Origin: Candidatus Aenigmatarchaeota archaeon
GTDB taxonomy: Archaea > Aenigmatarchaeota > Aenigmatarchaeia > CG10238-14
DNA length: 27,048 bases
Assembly: GCA_044343545.1 (NCBI GenBank)
Contig: JAWBZR010000008.1
Location: forward strand, 1-27,048
Direction: 5' to 3'
The notes under the pieces were generated by a model. The model ran no database searches. It was not told where the DNA came from and saw only the letters and a program-made list of their open reading frames with translations. The translations under genes were made by a program, and so were the position numbers. Below, one piece after another: positions 1 to 7,708 of this stretch (positions are counted from its first letter, which is position 1; each line of letters starts with the position of its first letter).

Positions 1-2
1 TG

Positions 3-422
3 GAACTGTCAAAAGAAAAAGATAAACACAAGATTTTTGAGAAATTGAGACAATATCAAAATGAGATTAATCAAGCATTTGTGAGAGAATTACTGAACAT
101 TGAAACAGATTACAAGAATGAAGTGAAGCAATTTTTATTCAATTTCTTAGTTAGATCGTTGATAGTAATTACGAAAATTTGGCTAGAATTTAAAGAGCAA
201 TTTATTTCATTTGAAGAAGAATTAAAGATACTCAAAGAAGAGAAGGAAAAAGCTAGGAAAAAATATTCGATAGAAGAACTGCTAGAAAGCAAAGGAAAAT
301 TTGAAAAACTTAGAGATAAAATGTTTAGAAAGTTTGAGAATTTGTGGGAAAAATTTTGGTTTGAGTTGGTTTTTGGAAAAAGAGAATTGAAGCATGGATT
401 GAGTGCGCCAGCCGGGATTTGA
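3..422 (+). CDS. Hypothetical helical, K/E-rich protein, 5'-truncated by the window edge
   Basis: The frame is open from position 3 (ELSKEKDKHKIFEKLRQ...) to TGA at 420-422, so the TTG at 45 is probably internal. The last codons overlap the tRNA 3' end. Confidence 0.7.
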   Translation, partial: ELSKEKDKHKIFEKLRQYQNEINQAFVRELLNIETDYKNEVKQFLFNFLVRSLIVITKIWLEFKEQFISFEEELKILKEEKEKARKKYSIEELLESKGKFEKLRDKMFRKFENLWEKFWFELVFGKRELKHGLSAPAGI

Positions 423-477
423 ACCCGGGTCTTCAGCTTGGGGGGCTGATGTCTTAGCCAGGCTAGACCACTGGCGC
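404..477 (-). tRNA. tRNA-Gly(CCC), 74 nt, no intron, CCA not encoded
   Basis: Reverse complement folds as a cloverleaf: acceptor GCGCCAG/CTGGCGC, D-stem GTCT/AGAC, anticodon stem TCAGC/GCTGA with loop CCCCCAA, T-arm CCGGG-TTCAAAT-CCCGG, discriminator A73. Confidence 0.95.
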
Positions 478-514
478 ATATCTTCATAAAAAATTACTTT
501 TCAATTTTTAATTT

Positions 515-874
515 TTAGACAGGAACGACAAGAAAAGCAAGATTATTAACATTCAAATAAACTCTAAGTGGCGGCTTTAAAGGAAAATAACTTTGTCTAT
601 AACCTTTTCCATAAATTATTGTTAATCCTGAAGATTTTGGATACAAAATAACATCTGGCTCTCCTTTTAAAACTATTGTTGAATCTATTCCACAAAAACC
701 TGTACTTTTATTTAGATCAATTTTTGCGCAAAATCCTTTTCTTACAATATCTCTTTCAAATTTTCTTGGATCTTCTCTTTGATAAACTATTCCCATCCAC
801 CAGGAATTATTTGAACTCTTGCAAAAAAACTCATATTCTTCCATTGCTTCTTGTACAGAGTTGTAAACTCTCAC
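515..874 (-). CDS. Hypothetical protein (119 aa)
   Basis: ORF fills the gap between the tRNA and the divergent beta-CASP gene. GTG start is uncertain (ATG at 844 is an alternative). No motif recognised. Confidence 0.6.
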   Translation of the reverse strand: MRVYNSVQEAMEEYEFFCKSSNNSWWMGIVYQREDPRKFERDIVRKGFCAKIDLNKSTGFCGIDSTIVLKGEPDVILYPKSSGLTIIYGKGYRQSYFPLKPPLRVYLNVNNLAFLVVPV

Positions 875-897
875 CGATTTTAAATTTAAATGTAAGC

Positions 898-905
898 TTT
901 ATAAA
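898..905. promoter_or_regulatory. Putative TATA box in the divergent intergenic region
   Basis: TTTATAAA lies about 35 nt upstream of the ATG at 940. It is palindromic, so it could serve either divergent gene. Confidence 0.45.
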
Positions 906-939
906 TGTATAGTAACTTGAAAACTGAAAGAGGGTTTTT

Positions 940-2184
940 ATGAAGGTATGTTTTCAAGGAGGGACAAAAGAAGTTGGTAGATCTTCTGTTTTGATAAAGT
1001 TTTATGAGGATTGCATCTTATTCGACCACGGCATAAAACCTTTACCAAAAAAAGGTTTGCACTCTCCATTGCCCTTGAAAGAAAAGTTAGATGCTGCATT
1101 CATAACGCATGGACATCTTGACCATTTGGGTGCTTTACCTCTAATACACACAAAGATATTTGGCATGGAAATAACATCTCATTTTTTAAAGCTTCTCTTG
1201 ATGGATAGTTTGAAAATAGCGAAACAAGAAGGTTATTTTATTGGTTTTGATATTGAAGACGTGAATAGAACTGTGAAATCTTTCGAGCCGATAGAATATG
1301 GAGAAGAAATAGTTGTAGGTAATACAAAAATAGTTGCTTACGATGCAGGTCACATACCAGGCTCTTGCATGTTCTTGGCTGAAAACAAAGGGAGCGTTCT
1401 TTACACCGGTGACTTTAAATTAAGCGACACCAGGTTGGTTAAGGGAAGCGATATAAAGGTGGAAGCGGACGTTTTAATAATTGAAAGTACCTATTCTGAT
1501 AGGGAACATCCCGAAAGAGTGAAAGAGGAAAAAAAATTCATAGAATTCATAAACGAAACTCTGAATAATGATGGTATCGTCTTACTTCCATCTTTTGCCG
1601 TAGCGAGATCGCAAGAAATTATACTCATACTTGCGGAGTATGGCGTGAATGCCACGGTATTTGTGGATGGTATGGCCACCATATCGACAGAAATAATAAA
1701 CGCTTATCCCGAACTTCAAAGAAAATATAACTCTCTCAAGAAGGCTTTGCAAAGGCTTGATGTGAGCTATGTCGAGCCTCATCAAAGGAAAAAGATATTA
1801 AAAAGACCTTGCATTATCATAGCCGGCTCTGGGATGCTTGAAGGTGGCGTGATTTTAGAATATCTAAAAAGAGTTCATGATAAGGAAAATTGCTCCATCG
1901 CATTCACGGGCTTTCAAGTTCCTGGCACTGCGGGCTACGAACTTCTCAAGACAAGTAGAATAAACATTAACGGTAAGGATTTGCTTGTGAAAGCTAACAT
2001 AAAAAAATTCGATTTCAGCTCACATGCCTCAAGAAGTGAATTGTTTGAATTGATTGATAGGGTGAATCCGCAAAAAATATTCTGCATTCATGGAGACAAA
2101 ACAGAAGAATTTGCATCGGAATTAAGGGAAAAAGGTTTCGATGCCATTTCGCCAGACGCAACGTGCTACGATATCAACCTATAA
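940..2184 (+). CDS. Metallo-beta-lactamase / beta-CASP ribonuclease (aCPSF2-like, no KH domains)
   Basis: Motifs GGTKEVGRS, DHG, THGHLDH (HxHxDH), AGHIPGS, YTGDF, IESTY, FSSHA and IHGD. At 414 aa it lacks the N-terminal KH extension of aCPSF1. Confidence 0.92.
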   Translation: MKVCFQGGTKEVGRSSVLIKFYEDCILFDHGIKPLPKKGLHSPLPLKEKLDAAFITHGHLDHLGALPLIHTKIFGMEITSHFLKLLLMDSLKIAKQEGYFIGFDIEDVNRTVKSFEPIEYGEEIVVGNTKIVAYDAGHIPGSCMFLAENKGSVLYTGDFKLSDTRLVKGSDIKVEADVLIIESTYSDREHPERVKEEKKFIEFINETLNNDGIVLLPSFAVARSQEIILILAEYGVNATVFVDGMATISTEIINAYPELQRKYNSLKKALQRLDVSYVEPHQRKKILKRPCIIIAGSGMLEGGVILEYLKRVHDKENCSIAFTGFQVPGTAGYELLKTSRININGKDLLVKANIKKFDFSSHASRSELFELIDRVNPQKIFCIHGDKTEEFASELREKGFDAISPDATCYDINL

Positions 2185-2447
2185 ACAATTAATATTAAAG
2201 CTATAGCAAAATACAACAGTAATATTATTATCAATTCTTTTGAAAGACCAAAAACATATTTTACTATTAAAAACAATACTAACGCGCCTACCAAAGTACC
2301 TATGACAGCGTTTTGCATGCTTATAGATGAAAAACCTGCCAAGGCAACAAAAAAATCTAAAGCTTTGGAGAATATAAAGAATAATGCTTCAATTATACTT
2401 TTCGTCAGGAAATAGAGCAGCTCTAATATTACCTTAAATGGATTCAT
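2166..2447 (-). CDS. Small integral membrane protein (about 93 aa)
   Basis: About three hydrophobic segments. The ATG at 2447 (MNPFKV) is preferred because the longer ORF start runs through AT-rich promoter-like DNA. Confidence 0.65.
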   Translation of the reverse strand: MNPFKVILELLYFLTKSIIEALFFIFSKALDFFVALAGFSSISMQNAVIGTLVGALVLFLIVKYVFGLSKELIIILLLYFAIALILIVYRLIS

Positions 2448-2538
2448 TATCGAATTGATATATAGTTTTTTTATTTTTAAAAATACATTTACCACAAAAT
2501 AGTAATATTTATATATTAGTATTACCAAAAAGTAAATT

Positions 2539-2817
2539 ATGAAATTAGAACCAAGAGAAATAATTGAAACTTGCTCCCAACATTATTTTACTTGGAAAGA
2601 AGAAGCTTTGCTAGCAAAAGATCCGGAAAAGGCTAAAAGATATATGGAGAAGGCCTTCTTTTGGATTGAGCTTCAAAGCAACTTGCTAATACTTTGGACG
2701 ATAGAAAAAACTATGGGAAATGATCCTTTTGTCAAGAAAAAAATAGAAGAGGCTCAGATAAACATCAACAAGAAAATAGTTGATTATGCATCAAGTATTT
2801 TAAATGATATAGGATGA
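2539..2817 (+). CDS. Hypothetical helical protein (92 aa)
   Basis: ATG start, protein-like composition, TATA-like TTTATATA about 30 nt upstream. Confidence 0.75.
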   Translation: MKLEPREIIETCSQHYFTWKEEALLAKDPEKAKRYMEKAFFWIELQSNLLILWTIEKTMGNDPFVKKKIEEAQININKKIVDYASSILNDIG

Positions 2818-3265
2818 ATGGAATGAGATTAAGATTATCGCCACTTGTAGTCTTTATCTTAGTGAACCTTCATGTACATTTATTTTTACATTAGGTTTTG
2901 AAAGTTTTTATTCTAAAAAAATTGAAGATATATTTTTCAAGGCAGCATTAATGGGAGTTTTCACAATAATATGTGGAGGGATTTATTTTCAAGTTGTTTA
3001 TCACGAGATTATAGATCAAAGTTCGAAAAGAGGTTATGTTTCTAACTCGTTAGCTTTTTTAAACAATTTCTATCTTTTCTTTAGATCTTTATTGGTTGCG
3101 GGGGCAGTGATAGGAACTTTGTATTTTTTAGAAAAAAACTACATGATGGGAAATATGAATCCCATTCAATATTATGGTTTAACATATATACAAGCGCTAA
3201 TGGGTTCATTAATTGGGTATTTTATGTATCAAGATATTAAAAATAAGAGAAAAAGTAGAATTTAA
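2814..3265 (+). pseudogene. Membrane protein gene interrupted by an apparent 1-nt deletion near 2870 (or sequencing error); the annotated ORF 2951-3265 is its 3' part
   Basis: The ATG at 2814 overlaps the upstream TGA (ATGA). That frame reads MNGMRLRLSPLVVFILVNL... and stops at 2892-2894. The -1 frame is open through this region and continues SCTFIFTLGFESF...AALMGVFTII to 3265. Confidence 0.55.
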
Positions 3266-3305
3266 TAGAAAAAATTATTTGTTATGAAAACATAATATTA
3301 AATTC

Positions 3306-4346
3306 ATGATACACATAGATGGTTCTTTGGGCGGCGGGCAAATGCTTCGCTCCGCCATTTCTCTCTCTGCCTTAACGGGAAAGGGTGTTAAGATAACAAA
3401 CATAAGAAAGGGTAAAAAAGATGCGAAACCTGGACTAAAACCTCAACATATGACTGTCGTCAAAATATTAGGAGATTTTTGCAATGCTGAAATCAACGGA
3501 CTAAAAGAAAATTCATTAGAAATAGAGTTCAAACCTTGGCAAATAACGGCTAGAGATAGAAAGATAGATATAGGTACTGCAGGCAGCATCAGTCTATTCA
3601 TTCAAGCTGTGTTGCCTGTTTTAATATTCGCCGAAAAAGAAGTAAACTTGCAAATAAAAGGTGGGACGGACGTTGCATGGTCACCTACAATCAATTATAT
3701 CAAGTTTGTTTTTCTTCCCATGATAAGAAAGATGGGTATAAATGCTGGTTTGGAAATAGAAAGACATGGTTTTTATCCAAGAGGTGGAGGTCAAGTAAAA
3801 CTCTTGACAGAGCCTGTCAAAAAAATCAAACCAATGGTGGCAATAGAAAGAGGGAATTTTAAAGGACTTCATGTAGAAACGACAATTGGCAAGTATACAA
3901 AAGAATATGCTGAAAGGATAGCCAGATCTTGCATGAGCATATTCGAATACCTCGTTCCGAAAGATAAAATATCTATTGGAATAAAAGCTGATAAAACAGA
4001 TGACTTTGGCATTTCTCTGCTTTTGTGTGCAACTTTCGATAATTCCATTATAGGCTTGGATGGATTGAACGAAAGAGGCTCGGATGTTGAAAAATTTGCA
4101 ATAAAAATTTCTACAGATTTTGAAAGAGTTTTGAAAAGCGATGCGGTTATAGACAAATTCCTTGCAGACCAACTATTGATTTACATGGCCTTGGCCAAAG
4201 GCGAATCAAAAATTAAAGTAGAAGAAATTACTGAGCATTGTCTGACAAACATTCATGTTATCGAAAAGTTTTTGCCAGTAAATTTTCAAATAGACGAGAA
4301 AAACAAGATCATATCAGTTGAAGGTGCTAATTTTTCAAGAGCTTAA
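3306..4346 (+). CDS. rtcA: RNA 3'-terminal phosphate cyclase
   Basis: GGGQMLR, PGLKPQH, GTAGSISL, GGTDVAWSP, GFYPRGGG, LADQL, and the nucleophile His in TEHCLTN. Confidence 0.95.
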   Translation: MIHIDGSLGGGQMLRSAISLSALTGKGVKITNIRKGKKDAKPGLKPQHMTVVKILGDFCNAEINGLKENSLEIEFKPWQITARDRKIDIGTAGSISLFIQAVLPVLIFAEKEVNLQIKGGTDVAWSPTINYIKFVFLPMIRKMGINAGLEIERHGFYPRGGGQVKLLTEPVKKIKPMVAIERGNFKGLHVETTIGKYTKEYAERIARSCMSIFEYLVPKDKISIGIKADKTDDFGISLLLCATFDNSIIGLDGLNERGSDVEKFAIKISTDFERVLKSDAVIDKFLADQLLIYMALAKGESKIKVEEITEHCLTNIHVIEKFLPVNFQIDEKNKIISVEGANFSRA

Positions 4347-4347
4347 A

Positions 4348-4355
4348 TTTATATA
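4348..4355 (+). promoter_or_regulatory. Putative TATA box for the KamA-family gene
   Basis: TTTATATA about 40 nt upstream of the ATG at 4393, with AGGT (SD-like) in between. Confidence 0.45.
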
Positions 4356-4392
4356 ATGTTTTTTCAATTAAATTTTATTAGGTAAAGAAAAG

Positions 4393-5502
4393 ATGAATGA
4401 TGTTGAGTATTTTCAGCAAGAAAATTTAAAAATTGAATATAAGGGGAAAAGTTGGCAAAGACTTGTTAAAGAAAGTTTGACTAAAGCAGAAGATATTGCA
4501 GAATTGACGCGTCAACCTCTCGAGCTTGTAGAAAAAGTTGTAAGCGTGTTCCCAGCAAGAATAAATCCTTACTATTTCAGCCTCATTGAAAAAGAAAACG
4601 ATCCTATATGGAAACAGTGCATTCCTGACATAAGAGAATTATCTCCTATAGGTTTTGTTGATCCTCTGAATGAAGAAATGCATAAACATGGTTGTGTAGT
4701 GCATAGATATCCTACAAAATGTTTGTTCTTGGCAAGCAATCAATGCGCGAATTATTGTAGATTTTGTACAAGAAAAAGAAGAGTTGGCGATTTGAAAAAG
4801 AAAATAACCAAAGAAGAAATTAGAGAAGGTATGGATTACATAAAGGAAACAAAACAAATAAAAGATGTTCTAATTTCTGGCGGAGATCCTTTAATGCTTC
4901 CGACGGCAAGTTTGAAAAAGTTGATAAAAGAATTGATAGAAATTGAGCATGTCAACATATTAAGAATAGGTAGTAGAATTCCTTGTACTTTACCTCAAAG
5001 AATCACTCAAGACAAAAAACTTATAAACATGCTGAAAAAGTATTCGAGAATAAAACCAATTTACCTAAACACGCATTTCAATCATCCAAGAGAAATCACG
5101 CCGGAAGCAAAAGAAGCTTGTTTTGCTTTGAGCGAAGCTGGCATACCTTTAGGTAATCAAAGTGTGCTGCTTAAAGGAGTTAATGATGACTATGATACCA
5201 TGCTTGAATTGAACGAGAAATTGCTAACCATCAAAGTAAAACCTTATTATGTCTACTTTCCAGATTTAGTTATGGGAACGGAGCATTTTAGAGTGAGGGT
5301 AGAAAAAGGAATGGAAATAATAAATAGAATGAGAGGTAGAACCACAGGCTTTGCAATACCAACACTCGTAATAGATGCACCTGGTGGCTTGGGAAAAACG
5401 CCAGTAATAAAAGACAATATAATAGAAATGAATGATAAGGAAGTTATAATGAAAAATTATGAAGGAAAGATATTTAGCTATCCGCAGCCTCTTGATTTAT
5501 GA
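4393..5502 (+). CDS. kamA: Lysine 2,3-aminomutase (KamA family radical SAM/PLP enzyme)
   Basis: CANYCRFC (CX3CX2C), HRYP, SGGDPL, RIGSR, THFNHPRE, NQSVLLKGVND, and the PLP lysine in DAPGGLGK. Confidence 0.92.
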   Translation: MNDVEYFQQENLKIEYKGKSWQRLVKESLTKAEDIAELTRQPLELVEKVVSVFPARINPYYFSLIEKENDPIWKQCIPDIRELSPIGFVDPLNEEMHKHGCVVHRYPTKCLFLASNQCANYCRFCTRKRRVGDLKKKITKEEIREGMDYIKETKQIKDVLISGGDPLMLPTASLKKLIKELIEIEHVNILRIGSRIPCTLPQRITQDKKLINMLKKYSRIKPIYLNTHFNHPREITPEAKEACFALSEAGIPLGNQSVLLKGVNDDYDTMLELNEKLLTIKVKPYYVYFPDLVMGTEHFRVRVEKGMEIINRMRGRTTGFAIPTLVIDAPGGLGKTPVIKDNIIEMNDKEVIMKNYEGKIFSYPQPLDL

Positions 5503-5504
5503 GA

Positions 5505-6455
5505 TCACACGTCTCTTATTCCTTTTTCAGTCACTCTAAACACACATTCGGCTGTTGGCAAGTCTGGCGCGTCGACCATCTTTGCAATCTTTTTGTCTTG
5601 AGTCGATTTTCTCAAGTAAATTCTATAAGTTGCTTGATGCGCCAATATGTGTCCGCCTGCAGGTGTTGTGGCATCGCCGAATAGAATTGCAGGATTCGCC
5701 ATCACTTGATTGGTCACATAAACAGCCAAATTGTATGAATCTGCCAGTTTTTGTAAAGTGTGTAAGTGCTTATTTAACTTTTGTTGTCTTGGCGCCAATT
5801 CTCCTCTTCCTATATAATCTGCTCTAAAGTGAGACGTCAAAGAATCAATTATTATGAGTTTTATGTTGTTCTCTTCTATCATTTCATTTGCTTTTTCGAT
5901 CAAAAACATTTGATGGTCACTTGTGAATGCCCTCGCAACAAAGATGTTTTTTAACACCTTACTTCCATCCAATCCTACACCCTCAGCCATTTGCAAAATT
6001 CTTTGAGGCCTAAAAGTATTTTCCGTATCTATAAACAAACAATTACCTCCCAAACCACCTTTCTCCTTCGGTAACTGCACGTTAACCGCCAACTGAAAGC
6101 CTAATTGAGTTTTACCAGAACCAAATTGACCAAAAACCTCAGTTATGGCTTGTGTTTGTACTCCACCTCCAAGCAATTCATCAAGAGCCTTACTGCCAGT
6201 GGTTATCCTCATCGCTTTTTGTTGTTGTTCCCATACTTTATCTGCTGGAACGAAACCCATCTCAAGCATTTCTCTTGCATTCTTGACTATTTTCATGGCT
6301 GCTGCCTCGCTTATTTCAAGTATCGAAGCAAGCTCTCCTGGAGAAGAAACGGCAATTGTCATCGGATCGGTTATGCCTACTTCTCTCAATTTCTCTGCCA
6401 TTTTCGGTCCTATACCACTAATATCTTCCAACTCAAATTTCTTCTTCTCTTTCAT
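5505..6455 (-). CDS. radA: DNA repair and recombination protein RadA
   Basis: N-terminal HhH (ISGIGP), GFVPA polymerisation motif, Walker [18 protein letters not shown], Walker B IIIDS, TNQV, GGHILAH. Confidence 0.96.
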   Translation of the reverse strand: MKEKKKFELEDISGIGPKMAEKLREVGITDPMTIAVSSPGELASILEISEAAAMKIVKNAREMLEMGFVPADKVWEQQQKAMRITTGSKALDELLGGGVQTQAITEVFGQFGSGKTQLGFQLAVNVQLPKEKGGLGGNCLFIDTENTFRPQRILQMAEGVGLDGSKVLKNIFVARAFTSDHQMFLIEKANEMIEENNIKLIIIDSLTSHFRADYIGRGELAPRQQKLNKHLHTLQKLADSYNLAVYVTNQVMANPAILFGDATTPAGGHILAHQATYRIYLRKSTQDKKIAKMVDAPDLPTAECVFRVTEKGIRDV

Positions 6456-7416
6456 AACCCAATTCCTCTAACAAACCTTGTATTTCTTCGTTCACATCAA
6501 TTTCAATTACTTCATTCACAACTAATTCTAAGTTTTCAAAGATTTTATTCTTTTGTATCCTACCCCTAAATATAAATTCCTTCCCAACCGTGTTTTCTCT
6601 TATAAGCCTCACGGCTTCATCAACAGTAAGATTTTCGATATCTTGCTCACTCAAGCCAGAAACTTCTTTGGCTGCATCTCTGAAAAACACCGCTCTCATG
6701 ACTCCGCTACCATCGTCGATAACACCAGAAATGACCATGCTTTTTTCTGCTTCAACGCTTCCGTGAATATTACAAACGTTGTTTTCAATTCTACTCTTGC
6801 AATGCGGGCAAAAATAAAATATTGGGTTGACGTTGAAAATGTCTACTATCGTCGCTTTTATTTCAAAATTTCCCTCACTAGCATCTTTTATTTTCACTCT
6901 ATTAACCGATAAAGGCTTCACGTCCATTTCTTCTTCGGTTTTTTTAATTATGCTCCCTCTTTTAAGCACAATATCGGCATTACCAAATATGTTTTGCTTG
7001 GTAGAAACGTTCCTCAACTCCAAAACATCTCCTATGTTTATTTCATCAGCTATTTCTATTTGCTTATCCCATAAAGGTATTCTTGTTTGGCTCGTTCCAT
7101 CAGAAATGAGCAAATTTCTCACTTTACCCAAGCTTCCATCTTTTTTAACAAACTCTCTCACTGGAGTTATTGATATGACTTTTGCTTTCAAATTAACGTT
7201 CCTCATGTCTGGCCTTATATCTTTTAATTGTAACATTTTTTCTTCCCTTTTCAACAAATCTATTCCAAGATCTCTTGCGACAAGATGGGCTGCACCTTCC
7301 ATAGAAACCAAACCAGAAAGCTCTTCTTGCTTTTTCTCTATTCTTCTCAATAATTCATTTTTATCAAAACCTGTTATTTTACTCAACTCCTCTAAAATCT
7401 CCTCAAGACTAAGCAT
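6433..7416 (-). CDS. rpa: Replication protein A (N-terminal helical domain, two OB folds, zinc ribbon)
   Basis: [14 protein letters not shown]-domain, OB-fold motifs [12 protein letters not shown] and [12 protein letters not shown], zinc finger CPHC...CNIH. Its 3' end overlaps the radA start by 23 nt. Confidence 0.88.
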   Translation of the reverse strand: MLSLEEILEELSKITGFDKNELLRRIEKKQEELSGLVSMEGAAHLVARDLGIDLLKREEKMLQLKDIRPDMRNVNLKAKVISITPVREFVKKDGSLGKVRNLLISDGTSQTRIPLWDKQIEIADEINIGDVLELRNVSTKQNIFGNADIVLKRGSIIKKTEEEMDVKPLSVNRVKIKDASEGNFEIKATIVDIFNVNPIFYFCPHCKSRIENNVCNIHGSVEAEKSMVISGVIDDGSGVMRAVFFRDAAKEVSGLSEQDIENLTVDEAVRLIRENTVGKEFIFRGRIQKNKIFENLELVVNEVIEIDVNEEIQGLLEELGYEREEEI

Positions 7417-7447
7417 AATTATACTATTGATGAGAAAGATGAAATAG

Positions 7448-7672
7448 TTATTTAGTTATCTTTTTTCTTGCCATTTTTACATCAGATTCTAGCACCGTCT
7501 TTCTTCCGGCATGCTCTGCTAGCGCCGAAGCTTCGGCCGATAACCTATACAAGTAATCTGCCATTCTTGCAGCGAATTCTTTCATTGCGCCTCTTGACAC
7601 TCTTTTAGCTCCTGCTTTTTTCAATATCCTTTCAAACGGTATGAGCGGCAACTTTTCTTTATCTTTAGCCAT
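7448..7672 (-). CDS. Archaeal histone (HMf family)
   Basis: LPLIPFERILKKAGAKRVS...HAGRKTVLESD histone-fold signature; GGTGA RBS just upstream. Confidence 0.95.
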   Translation of the reverse strand: MAKDKEKLPLIPFERILKKAGAKRVSRGAMKEFAARMADYLYRLSAEASALAEHAGRKTVLESDVKMARKKITK

Positions 7673-7675
7673 AAT

Positions 7676-7680
7676 TCACC
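7676..7680 (-). promoter_or_regulatory. Shine-Dalgarno GGTGA of the histone gene
   Basis: The plus strand reads TCACC 3 nt from the start codon. The same motif occurs at 12441-12445 and 19200-19204 ahead of other genes. Confidence 0.7.
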
Positions 7681-7708
7681 CAAATTAGATTTTATTAACA
7701 ATGATATT

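Noticed and set aside
3..422. Split SSV-type integrase fragment overlapping the tRNA
   Set aside because: No tyrosine recombinase motifs are visible, and the ORF stops inside the tRNA.
438..445. Quadruplet-anticodon (sufD-like) frameshift suppressor tRNA
   Set aside because: The anticodon loop has the normal 7 nt when the 5-bp stem is formed, with no extra base.
110..487. Minus-strand ORFs 110-487 and 282-479
   Set aside because: They run through the tRNA and are antisense to the plus-strand CDS, so they are shadow ORFs.
2860..2895. Programmed -1 ribosomal frameshift
   Set aside because: No in-frame X XXY YYZ heptamer or downstream hairpin was seen. A mutation or sequencing indel is simpler.
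4393..5502. Glutamate 2,3-aminomutase or EpmB assignment
   Set aside because: The two lysine-binding aspartates are present, arguing against glutamate specificity. No efp or epmA context is present.
5505..6455. Intein in RadA
   Set aside because: The protein has normal length (316 aa) and a contiguous Walker A region.
6105..7447. Long plus-strand ORFs such as 6105-6569 and 6827-7447
   Set aside because: They are antisense to radA and rpa with implausible composition. The same applies to the other short nested ORFs in the track.
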